Assembly (NCBI GenBank): GCA_964188305.1
Contig: OZ076888.1
Direction: 5' to 3' (one strand)
Length of the DNA stretch: 64,000 nt
Origin: Podarcis bocagei
Lineage: Eukaryota
The notes under the pieces were generated by a model. That model was not told the origin of the DNA and did no database searches. It worked only from the letters and a program-made list of their open reading frames with translations. Positions 13,601-23,600 of this stretch are shown here, piece after piece; position 1 is the first letter of the stretch; each line of letters begins with the position of its first letter. The position numbers and the translations under genes were made by a program.

Positions 13601-14969
13601 TTGTTTGTTCTTCACAGCTGGAGGTGTTGGAATCCATCGGCCTATTGGCAAGAATGCAGCACCTAGGCAAGCATACAAGGCAAAGGTAAGATTGTGATGT
13701 GAATAGTTAGGACCTGGCATTGTCATAACTCCCAGGAGTTGATTATTTGTATAGAGCCACTTTTCCCACATCATAGGAAGCCTTGTTTATTGGACTTACC
13801 AAGCAACTCAAGTACAGATTCATAGTATCAAAGTATGTTAAAAGATGTCTTGGTACAGACATTGAAGATTTCTTGTCTCCTACCAGGAAATTTCCTTGAC
13901 TGACTTATGGCAGTCTTCTACATAGCACAGCATTCTATTAACTCCCACCCTAAACACAGGACTGCAGGCTGGCTCCCTTTTAAAGACAAATCTCTGTATC
14001 TCTAAGCTAGATCCGGTTTTGAATAATTGATCTGAATGTGAGGCATTGATAGACGTTGTGAGAGCTGATGTGAAGGCCCATTTTGGCGGAAGTCTACATT
14101 TTTCCATGTCTTGCTTCTAGTCACTAAGCACTGATTCTCTTCTGTTTCTACAGAAAGGCAAAGGTGATATCAAGAAGGGCCGCCTGGATCCTTATGCCTA
14201 CATCCCACTGAACAGAGCCAAACTTAACAGAAGGTATGATATGGGGATGCTGTGGGGAGAGCATAGGAAGCTGCAGATACTAGGCCATACTGCTCATTCA
14301 TATAGCTGACTATTACCACAATGACCAATCACAGCTCTTCAGGGAGGTCTTTGCCATCACTTGCTACCTGGTTGGAGATGTTAAGCACTGAATTTGGCAC
14401 CTTCTGCAGGCAGATCATGTCCTCTATCACTTGGATTGATCCCTAGCCAGGAGAAAAGTGGAATGTGGAGGCATTCGGTTGTGCAGGTTACGGGTTGCAT
14501 CCATTGTTAGTTCTGCTTGGCGTGGAAACATTGAAATTAATGGCCTTGACTAACTTAGGCCCTTAATTTCAACAGGTCTACTAAGAGTAGAACTTAACTC
14601 TATGCAACTCAGTGTCACTGTTCAGGATTTCCCTCTATCTGTAAAATGCTGCCATGGAGTTGTGTGTGCTTGAAACCAGCAGTGTTCTCTTATCTCAAGC
14701 ACTCTGCTGGATATTCTTCAGATTTGAAGTTTCCTTTTTAACTGGTATCCCAGATCTGCTTTTGCTGCAGAAGCAGGGCACCTAAAGCCTCCATGGGAGA
14801 ACTACACATGTACCTGCTGTGCTTGTGGCAGTACTCATTCTAACCTCTTCTCTCTCTTTCTGGCAGGAAAAATGCAAAACTTCAGGGACAGTATAAGGGC
14901 CTGATGAAGGGGGCCCAACGTGGTGCCCAGGCAGGCAAGAGGCATCGTAAGAAGCAGCCCCATGTCTGA
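1..14969 (+). CDS. RRP12: RRP12-like protein (HEAT-repeat ribosome biogenesis factor), 3' portion, 27 coding exons in window; 5' part lies upstream
   Basis: Spliced translation is open across 27 GT-AG exons with consistent phases and matches recalled human RRP12 ([68 protein letters not shown]); stop TGA 14967-14969. Confidence 0.97.
415..513 (+). CDS. RRP12: RRP12 exon w2
   Basis: cag|[14 protein letters not shown]...ELNAQIIV|gtgagt. Confidence 0.93.
728..819 (+). CDS. RRP12: RRP12 exon w3
   Basis: cag|[30 protein letters not shown]|gtaagg. Confidence 0.93.
909..1020 (+). CDS. RRP12: RRP12 exon w4
   Basis: tag|[37 protein letters not shown]|gtactg. Confidence 0.92.
1566..1666 (+). CDS. 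RRP12: RRP12 exon w5
   Basis: tag|[14 protein letters not shown]...HVCKMFR|gtagaa. Confidence 0.92.
1762..1876 (+). CDS. RRP12: RRP12 exon w6
   Basis: cag|[29 protein letters not shown]...MCK|gtaaag. Confidence 0.93.
2164..2306 (+). CDS. RRP12: RRP12 exon w7
   Basis: cag|[17 protein letters not shown]...[18 protein letters not shown]|gtgagt. Confidence 0.94.
2826..2947 (+). CDS. RRP12: RRP12 exon w8
   Basis: aag|[16 protein letters not shown]...[12 protein letters not shown]|gtaact. Confidence 0.93.
3507..3571 (+). CDS. RRP12: RRP12 exon w9
   Basis: cag|[22 protein letters not shown]|gtgagg. Confidence 0.93.
3694..3856 (+). CDS. RRP12: RRP12 exon w10
   Basis: cag|[37 protein letters not shown]...KGCQT|gtaaga. 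Confidence 0.95.
4045..4084. repeat. (CTTT)/(CT)n pyrimidine microsatellite upstream of an RRP12 acceptor
   Basis: Directly visible. Confidence 0.85.
4116..4270 (+). CDS. RRP12: RRP12 exon w11
   Basis: cag|[24 protein letters not shown]...YLTVTEPG|gtgagc. Confidence 0.94.
4548..4888 (-). mobile_element. L2-type LINE 3' end fragment with (AAT)/(ATT) microsatellite tail
   Basis: Long (TAT)n run 4566-4628 abutting sequence typical of squamate L2 3' ends in reverse (GGGTTTTCCACAGGGCTGGCACCACTACCAAGAAGGCCCTCTGCCTGG). Confidence 0.65.
5766..5833 (+). CDS. RRP12: RRP12 exon w12
   Basis: cag|[23 protein letters not shown]|gtaagg. Confidence 0.92.
6246..6339 (+). CDS. RRP12: RRP12 exon w13
   Basis: cag|[31 protein letters not shown]|gtgagc. 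Confidence 0.93.
7100..7258 (+). CDS. RRP12: RRP12 exon w14
   Basis: tag|[20 protein letters not shown]...ATSPAKR|gtaagg. Confidence 0.93.
7400..7480 (+). CDS. RRP12: RRP12 exon w15
   Basis: cag|[27 protein letters not shown]|gtgagc. Confidence 0.93.
8385..8490 (+). CDS. RRP12: RRP12 exon w16
   Basis: tag|[35 protein letters not shown]|gtgagt. Confidence 0.94.
9444..9551 (+). CDS. RRP12: RRP12 exon w17
   Basis: cag|[36 protein letters not shown]|gtgaga. Confidence 0.93.
9942..10099 (+). CDS. RRP12: RRP12 exon w18
   Basis: cag|[36 protein letters not shown]...LETM|gtgaga. Confidence 0.93.
10468..10559 (+). CDS. RRP12: RRP12 exon w19
   Basis: cag|[31 protein letters not shown]|gtaagt. Confidence 0.95.
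10975..11133 (+). CDS. RRP12: RRP12 exon w20
   Basis: cag|[29 protein letters not shown]...RPRGE|gtattg. Confidence 0.92.
11321..11493 (+). CDS. RRP12: RRP12 exon w21
   Basis: cag|[12 protein letters not shown]...[24 protein letters not shown]|gtaagg. Confidence 0.94.
11620..11736 (+). CDS. RRP12: RRP12 exon w22
   Basis: cag|[27 protein letters not shown]-polyE-GAK|gtactg. Confidence 0.92.
12651..12700 (+). CDS. RRP12: RRP12 exon w23
   Basis: cag|[17 protein letters not shown]|gtaagt. Confidence 0.91.
12935..13013 (+). CDS. RRP12: RRP12 exon w24
   Basis: cag|[26 protein letters not shown]|gtaagt. Confidence 0.9.
13618..13685 (+). CDS. RRP12: RRP12 exon w25
   Basis: cag|[23 protein letters not shown]|gtaaga. 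Confidence 0.92.
14154..14233 (+). CDS. RRP12: RRP12 exon w26
   Basis: cag|[27 protein letters not shown]|gtatga. Confidence 0.94.
14867..14969 (+). CDS. RRP12: RRP12 terminal coding exon
   Basis: cag|[33 protein letters not shown]. Confidence 0.93.
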
Positions 14970-15285
14970 AGAAGACAGATCCCCTTGAAACTCCTCTGGG
15001 GTGCAGTTCCTGACTCTGGATCTGGTTGCTGCCACCTCACAACCTGAGCTGCTCTTTGAAAGTGGAATGAGATCACTAATTCCACACAGTTGCAGTGTAT
15101 ACTTTTCTCAGCCAAAAAACGGTGAAGATGTGTATTCTAGCCCAGACTCCCTTCTACTATTTATGGAGCTACGCAGTAGGGCTCTTCTCACCAGATGCTA
15201 CTGCCATTTTTTTTTGCACAACTATGTGTGCTTCATCTAGCCTTGAACTTTGTGCAAGAGAGAGAAGTGTAATGAACTTCTGAGC

Positions 15286-15291
15286 AATAAA
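15286..15291 (+). terminator. RRP12 polyadenylation signal AATAAA
   Basis: First AATAAA ~320 nt after the stop, followed by GT/T-rich sequence. Confidence 0.65.
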
Positions 15292-15820
15292 TGTAACCAA
15301 TGGAAGTTGGTTGTGTAAAAGCTGCTGTCCCCATCTGTCTACTTTTTCTGGCTTGAAAAGTGCCAGAACTAGCAACATAGTTGTGCTTTTGGGAACTATG
15401 CTAAACTTTCTAGGAAGTTTAACATTTCTCTGCATTTCAGGATTTATTCTTTGAGGAAAGTGACTGGTTGGTACTTGTGAAAATTAGAAAATAGTAGTAT
15501 TATAGTCAGAGGCAGAAAGCTATGATCAATTCTGAACCAAGTTCCATGTGCCCATTTTATATGTTCTCTTGCTACATACATCCCAGTCAAGGAGTGTACC
15601 AGTCACAACACATGCACAGGGACAGAACCAGTGAATCCACAATGAGGAGAATGTCCACCCCACACAATCAAAATCATGCCATAGTTCCTGCAATCAGTCC
15701 CAGTTGCTCAGGCAGCAACAACACACACTCCTTCACACAGTGAGTTTGAATCCCCCTCCGCTGCTCACAAGTCTTATTAATTAACAAAACACAAAGCATC
15801 CTTAACTTCCTTCATTGATT

Positions 15821-15991
15821 AGGTAAAGGTAAGGTAAAGGACCCCTGGACGGTTGAGTCCAGTCGAATTAGACACTCATCTCTTTCGGGACAAGAGAGTC
15901 AGCATGACCACAGCGGTACCTGTTTATCTACTCAAGCTGGTATGCTTTCGATCTGCTGGATTGGCAGCAGCTGGGACAAAGCAACAGGAGC
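15821..15991 (-). mobile_element. Degenerate Sauria SINE fragment
   Basis: AGGTAAAGGTAAGGTAAAGG is the reverse (ACCTTT)n tail; GCGGTACCTGTTTATCTACT and GCTTTCGA match the reverse of the copy at 21053. Confidence 0.7.
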
Positions 15992-17099
15992 CATTATCTC
16001 CTTATCTACAAGCTATCAATACAAGCTGGGGGTGGACCGTGAGTACACTGGCAAGGCAGATGTTAGGGGGAAAAACCTCAGCAAAAGTTTGCATGGCAGT
16101 TCATGAGTCACTAACCAGAGCAATAATCACCCAACCCTTTCTTATTTCAAAGGTTGACAAGAGCTACAAAAGCCATAATGCACCAAACTATTTTTTGATG
16201 CATGTGAGTCAGGGATGGGGTTGCCATTTAATATCTAGTTTGCAACAGTGACATTTCATTTGAGACAATACAGAGCCAGGCAGATTTGGTGTGAGCTCTG
16301 AGGAGAGTATTCCTCCTTTTGTAGATGCTTGTAATTGATGCTTTAATTGAGATCTCTGTATTGCAGGGGGTTGAACTAGATGATTTTCTGGGTCCCTTCC
16401 AACTCTATAATTCTATCATTTTATGAAGACTTAATCCTAAAAGCTATACTATAAAGATAAAACTACTAACTCTGGAATAGTTCCAGTGGCATTACAGAAA
16501 CAAGCACAACAGTTTACACTATTTTAATTCTAATATTTGGGTAAAAGATGAGTCTTCAGTAGGCCTTGACTAGCAGCACATAGTATTTTTTTGCCATTTA
16601 ACAGTTACATCTTATGCAAATGCAGTCAACAAACACAAATTTTCCCCTCCACAGGCATTTGAAATCAAATTAATTTGTGCTATTTTGTTATTTTATCAAA
16701 TACACTGCTAGCTGATGTGGAGTTGTAATACCTTGGGGGCGGGAAACCTCTCTGCCTTTTTATAGTGCAAGTAACAATAGGTTTGCACTGCAGAAAGTTT
16801 TAAAATATGTTCAGCTTTTGGGGGAAAGACCGTAACTGGTAGAATACAAATTTGTTGAACTGGTCCCTGTAGCTGTGCTTTCTCAGCTGATTTCTGTGTC
16901 TTGACTTACTAGGGAAGGCGCAAGAGCAGTCCTGGCATGCTTATTTTAATGGTTAGTTGGCAACCTTATTAGGACACCTACCAACTTGGAAGGGCAGGGA
17001 GCTCATACACAAGTGGACCTTTTGCCACACCAGCTCTACATCTCCCTGCCATGGCGACAACTACTACCTATTTCCTTAAGGGCGCAGGAAATATACGAG

Positions 17100-17660
17100 G
17101 GACGGGGAGAGAGCTGTTACTTCTAAGGGCTGAAAGCGCTGCCTTTCGCCTACTAGGTCACAGCATAACACCGTAGTTGTCAAGAAGGCGTTGGAAATGT
17201 CGCCGAGAAGACCACAAGCCCCAGAAAGCTTAAAGCCCCATTCTGGGTTTGCTCTCCCCGCCCACTTCTCTTTGTGGGGTATTTCTCCTCCTCCCCTCCC
17301 CTTGGTTTTCAACGGCGCTTCCAGGCCTGATGGTCGTTAGGCGTTTGCCGTGTTCGAACAGGCCAATGGCTGCGCGGCCACGAGGCGGCGGCGGGTGGGA
17401 CTATTTTGCAAACGACCAATAGGCTTTTGCAGTTGAAGCGACCAATCGGAAGGCAAGGCGGCAGATATGAGATGGCGGCGGCGGCGGCTCTGAAGGGGAG
17501 AGGAGGAGAGAAACGAGCGGGCAGGTAGGTCGGTCGGTCTGTCCGCCGGGCGGGCCGAGGTAGCGTGGCCAGAAGTCTTTGAGAAGCTGAAGTGGGTCAG
17601 GTGAGGGCGGGGTTGAGACAGAAACAAGGCATAGGATATACGAGGCTTTCGCTGTGGTGC
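17100..17660 (+). promoter_or_regulatory. ARHGAP19 CpG-island promoter: three CCAAT boxes, CHR-like TTCGAA, YY1-type motif at the ATG
   Basis: CpG-rich; CCAAT at 17363, 17416, 17442; TTCGAA 17353-17358; AGATGGCGGC at 17470. Confidence 0.75.
17472..17524 (+). CDS. ARHGAP19: ARHGAP19 exon 1 (coding part)
   Basis: MAAAAALKGRGGEKRAG-S; donor ag|GTAGGT; phase 2 joins exon 2 to give SDAIC. Confidence 0.85.
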
Positions 17661-20600
17661 CTCAAGCATTTGTGGGGCCTTGGGACGTGGGGCCTGTGGT
17701 CCTGCCTCTAGGGCAAGCTGTTTCATAGAGCGGAGGTGCAATGCTCTGAAGCCCATCCCTTCTGCTCTTGCTTTTTGCCCAGGGGCTGAGGAGAGCAAGG
17801 GGGGCGGATCTCCCTTCTCCCTCTAGACGCGCCTGGGCGAGGAGGAAGTCTGGGGTGGAGCAGCGACGGGAGTGAGTAAGGGGCGACATGACAGAAGAAT
17901 CTGATAACATTACGCGTGGCATAATAGATAGAGGAAGGTTTTCTCCCTCTCTCATAGCACTAGGACGCGTGGGCATCCAATATAGCTGAATGTTGGAAGA
18001 TTTAGGACAGATGAAAGACGAGGTCATAATTGGTCAAATTATGGAACTCGCCTTGCTGGGCGGCAGTGACGGCTCGAAAAGAGGATTAGACAAATTCATG
18101 GAGGAGAGAGCTGTCAATGACTGCCAGCCAAGATGTGGTTGTGCAATACCTCCACAGTTGGAGGCAGCAATGGTTCCAAATAGCAGTTGCTAGAAACTTC
18201 AGGAGGGGAGAGTAGGCTCACAGTGGTTTCCCACTGTGAGAACAGGTTGCTGGACTAGATCCAGCGGGCTTGTCTTATGTTCTTATGAAGGGAAATCCTA
18301 GTGATTCGGGACTGGGAAAGGTTTTGGGGTGGTTGTTGGATGGGATGAAGGAGAGATACAGAAGATGTAAACGTTCCAATCTAGTTGACATGTGGTTCTT
18401 CTAGATATTTATTTTATTTATTGCATTTATATACAGTACCAGTTTTTTCTCCAAGGAGCTCAGGGTGATGTACACGGTTCTTCCCCTTCCTCATTTTATC
18501 CTCACAAGAAGCCCATAAGTAGGTTAGTGCTGAGACACAGTGACTGGACCAATGTCTCCCAGAGAGCTTAATGGCCGAGTGAGGAATTGAACCCTTGGTT
18601 TCCTAGGTTCTAGTCTGGCACTAGCCACTATGCCACACTGTCTTTCCATGTGCCAGTGTGCCCACCTAAAGTACAAAGTGTGGGTTTCTGCCCTAATTTC
18701 GAAGGAATAGTGTTCATACAGAGCTAATGTGGTGTACTGGTCAGTGTAGGACTAGAATCTGGGAGACCAGGCTTCATATCTCTGCTTGACTCACTGGGTG
18801 ACTGTGGGCCAGTCAACCTCTCTCAGCACTAACCTACTCATAGGCTTGTTGTGAGGATAAAATGGGGAGAGGAAGAAGTATGTATGCCATCTTTAGCTCC
18901 TTGCAGAAAATGTGGGATGTAAATATATCAAGAAATGAATGCAATGTGTTAATGGGTTAATACAACCGTTGCTACTTCAACCATTATTGGAACAATACAT
19001 TTCAACACTATGCAAGAAACAAGTCAGAATAATTAATTTTTTTAAAATACATTTTATTAATTTTCCAGAAGACATTTTCAAAACAATTGGTTCCCTACTC
19101 CCCTAGAATAGAATACTAAGGTGTCAAATTTTCCCATAAATCTATATGCATAATTGGTGGGTGTCAGTCATCAGGGCATTTAGTTGAATATTTTATAATG
19201 GGATGCCATATCGCAACAAAATATTGGTTGCATCATTCAGGTCGTGTAACTCTCTTAGTTAGTTTCTCAGATGAAGCAAGTGTCCACATATTCTGTTTCC
19301 ATTGTGTGATGTGTAGATGATCAAGTTCTTTGCAGTTTTTTATATGGTTTTATTGCTATGAGTAGTTGTGCCACTACTAGAAGAAAGGTGGTAAGTTCTT
19401 TGTGTAATAAGGGCATTTTTCCATCTCCGCCAAGCTAAGCAGTTGGCTCCTTACCTCTCTCGCCCTGACCTAGCCACTGTGATCCACGCGACAGTCACCT
19501 CCAGACTGGATTATTGTAACTTGCTCTACGTGGGGCTGCCCTTGAGACTGACCCAGAAACTCCAGCGGGTGCAGAATGCTGCAGCGAGACTCCTTACGGG
19601 GTCCTCGCTGCGAGATCACATTCACCCGGTGCTATACCAGCTGCACTGGCTCCCGGTGGAGTACAGGATCAGGTTTAAGGTGCTGGTTTTAACCTTTAAA
19701 GCCCTATACGGCCTAGGACCCTCGTACCTACGGGACTGCCTCTCCTGGTATGTCCCACAGAGAAACTTACGGTCTTCAAATAAAAACATCTTGAAGGTCC
19801 CAGGCCACAGAGAGGTTAGGCTGGCTTCAACTAGAGCCGGGGCTTTTTCGGCTGTGGCTCCGATCTGGTGGAACACTCTGTCACAAGAGACTAGGGCCCT
19901 GCGGGACTTAACATCTTTCCGCAGGGCCTGCAAGACAGAGCTGTTCCACCAGGCCTTTGGCCAGGGCACAGCCTGACTCCCTCCTTCGGCAATCTTCACG
20001 GAGCTCCGGCCCAATGGCTGCCATTGGTTTGATTTGAATTAATTTTATAATGAATGATTTTAGAGTGTTGTGTTGTACTGTTGTACTGTTTTATTGTTGT
20101 TAGCCGCCCTGAGCCCGGCTTCGGCTGGGGAGGGCGGGATATAAATAAATTTTATTATTAATATTAATAAAATAAAATTTCTATTCTAGAAACATCCTCC
20201 TTGCTTTGTGACCATTTGATTTTTTTTCAGGGCTTCAGCATGTTTATTCTTCGCATCCTGTAGGTTAAATGGCTTCTTTGCTCAAGCTTGATGCAAGTCT
20301 GCTGTAGAGTTAATAGTTTATTTTCTGCTGTATTTTTCAGGGAGCACCAGTTCTTTTTTTAGGAACTGCAGTTGGAGCAATTATGTTTGATCTTACAATG
20401 TAATCTTCAAAGTCATCCATTAGCTTTGATACAGACAGCATGACTACGGCTCTGTTTGTAAGAAATGCCAAAATGAATGCTCAGTATTCATTTCTCCACA
20501 ACAGGCATGTTTTATTAAGCAGTTGGTTCCTCCATAGTTTATTTTCTGACCACCTTTCGTTGTTAAAAGGCCTTTCTTTGCAATCACTTTTAATGCCTTT

Positions 20601-23600
20601 ATTCCTTGAAATAGTTTTATGGTGCTGCAAGGCTCTGATATTGACCCTCTGGAAGTTGGCGATTACAGGAGAAACGTTTTCTTAACACTTATTTTATGGC
20701 ATAACCTTAAAGGTCTGCAATCCTTCAGATGCATGAAGTGTTATCCCGAATTGCAAGTATATGTACACATGGTTGGTGAGGATTAAAATCAGAGGAAAAT
20801 GAAATGCAAAAAGTATGAACAGTAATAAATATTAGCTTCTCATTCTCCAAACAGTAGCTGATGATAGCATAAGTATCCTAGCACTGATACAAATATACCA
20901 TGGTTCAAACCACAGATTACAGTTTGTCAATATTTTATATGTTAAGCAGACACAGTTCTGTGCTTAATCAATTCTTATCAATATTTCCCCCCTGAGGCCA
21001 ATTGCTCCTTGCAATATCTTTTATAGTTAAATTAACTGTTCTACTTATTAAATCCTGCCAACCTAGCAGTTCGAAAGCACGTCAAAGTGCAAGTAGATAA
21101 ATAGGTACCACTCCAGCGGGAAGGTAAACGGCGTTTCCGTGCGCTGCTCTGGTTCACCAGAAGCGGCTTAGTCATGCTGTCCACATAACCCGGAAGCTGT
21201 ACGCTGGCTCCCTCGGCCAATAAAGCGAGATGAGCGCTGCAACCCCAGAGTCGGTAACAACTGGACCTAATAGTCGGGGTCCCTTTACCCTTTACCTTTA
21301 CTTATTAATATCTCTCTGTACCTGCCGTGACTGAACAATCAACTTTTACTGTGGCCTTACCTTGAATGCATGTGGGTGTTCTTCACCTTATTTATATTTA
21401 TTTATATGTATTTTATAGCCTACTCCACCCTGTAATCCCAGGTTGAATTACATACAAGTAACATGCCTTGCCATAAATTTAAGCATATCAAAGCAAGCAA
21501 CATCAGTAACAACACTGCAGTGGAATTCATATTCTTTACTAATCCTGTACCCCCAAAGACCTATGCAAAGAAGTGTGTCTTGACCCACCGACAATGTAGT
21601 TACAATAATACGGCCAGATGCATCTTAGAGGAAAAGCATTGCACAAGCTGGGGGCCACATCAAAGAAGGCCCTCCCACCCTCTGTCAGGGCCCAAACCAC
21701 CTGTAGGATCTACACTGCAGACCTTAACATCCAGGCGAGTCAGTACGTACTAGAGGTGCTCTTCAGATATTTCAGCTCCAAGTATTAGGTACTTAAGCAT
21801 AGGGTCCTAACCACCAAGTTAAAAGTTCTGGAAGCTGTCAGAGGCTCAGCCTTGTGTATGACTGAAAAAATATTATATGCTACTATAAGATGCCTAGATG
21901 TTGCTTCAATAAAAGCGATCACATAATTCCATTAGTCTGTCTTTCTATTGAGCCCAGCTCCCCTTTGTTTTGCTATGGCACTAGATCAAAGTCCTTGAGG
22001 ATTTTATTCCATTCACAAAAGTCTTCTCATTCATGTCATTGTCACTCATCCTCCCCCCCCCCCCCGCCCCAACCCCTTCATGAGCAAAACATTGCCCTTG
22101 CTAATTTGGTTTTTCTTCAACCTTGGTCACAAAAACGAAATAATCTTTTCTTCCTTCTCCTGGACACCCACTTTCTAATTGGACGCAAATAATAGAGAGG
22201 GGGTAAAGCAGTAACACTGAAGGTTATTGCACTGGTGATTGTAATACTGTGGTGTAATACTATGGTGATAAAAGCAGAGAATCCAAGCTGCAAAGCAAAC
22301 AAGATTGCTCCCCCTGCCCACACCAGTAGCTGCTCTTTTCTAATATTATGCAAACTGGGGGAGTGGGCTGTACACATCCTCCTCCTGCTTTAACATGGCT
22401 GCAGTACAGGGCTTTTTCTATTGTGCAGGACTGGGCTGCGAGAAGGGTTCTGATTGTATGTACTGTCTCGCATTTCCATTTCATTAGCGTTAATAATAGG
22501 CAGGCATATTTTTGTGCGGGGGAGTGTTGCTGATAAAGTGACCTTTCAAAATTACGAAGCCCAGTAAAATGTAGCACGGAATAAGGGGGTTTAGAGCTGT
22601 TTCCAACTGTGAGGTCTCTAATCATAAAATTGGGTTGGATTTCAGTTGTCCGGGCAAGACAATAAATGGACTGCAAGCCCATTTCTTTGTTACAGTATGC
22701 CCCAAATGCATGGGGGATTAAAGAATTAAAACAAGGGGAAAGCTATACTCAAAAGATCCTTCAGGCTGGTTTCAGATGAGAAAAAGGCAACAAGAAGAGA
22801 TGGAATGTAACCTCTAATTATTTATGGTATTGTTTTCTTTTGATTGTTAGGTTTTTGAGAGTACCTAAAATAAAATTTAAAAATAAATTGGGTGGGGGAG
22901 ACAACAAATGATGGAGGCAGGCTGCCCCACGATCTTATGCAATGTAGTTACACACGGGAATGAATTCAGTTACAGATAGGTAGCCGTGTTGGTCTGCCAT
23001 AGTCAAAAAAAAAAAAAAAAGGTGCTACTGGAAGGATTTTTTTTTATTTTGACTGGGGAATGCAAAACATGAAAAGGGGAGATTTTTAAAATATTTCTTT
23101 TTATTAATTATTTTGTTATTTTACTTGTAGCCAGCCTTTCACCAGCCCTTCTAACCAGGGCAGGTTAGAAAAATATCACAACTAAAAGAGTACAATTGAA
23201 TTAAAACCTCAAAAAATATAACCACAAAATTCATCAGTAATGCAATTGACAAAACAACAGCCCAGGATAGTAATTGAAGAGGAGGGAGGATATCCACTCA
23301 ACCAAAGGTCTGCATAAAGAAAAGTAGAAATGTGGTAAGTCTAGATGGAGATGATGCACGAAAGGTTTCTAGTAACTGGGAATGGTGAAGTCAATGGAAG
23401 AAGTAAAAAAATTTGGGGTTAAGTGCTAAGGTTGCAAGCTTTTGGAAGTCTCCAGCAGTGAGTGACATCAGATCCACCAGGTAGGATAGGTAGGGCACAG
23501 TCATGAAGGTACTAAGGCAAAGACAAGAATTTTATGCAGAAGATGTGGAAGAAAAGTCAGTAGAGATGAGAGTTTATATATTGTGTGAATATGCGCGCGC

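Noticed and set aside
16953-16990. LVGNLIR reading resembling the FRAT motif GNLIKEAV
   Set aside because: Only four matching residues, an in-frame stop just upstream, AT-rich context; GTTGGCAACC is also a common repeat terminus
17337-18027. Antisense ORFs at the ARHGAP19 promoter (divergent gene?)
   Set aside because: GC-rich chance frames overlapping exon 1 and a CR1 fragment; no FRAT or other homology
20690-20745. Penelope-associated hammerhead ribozyme remnant
   Set aside because: Reverse CTGAAGGA is present but the stem II-GAAA core is not recognisable; too degenerate
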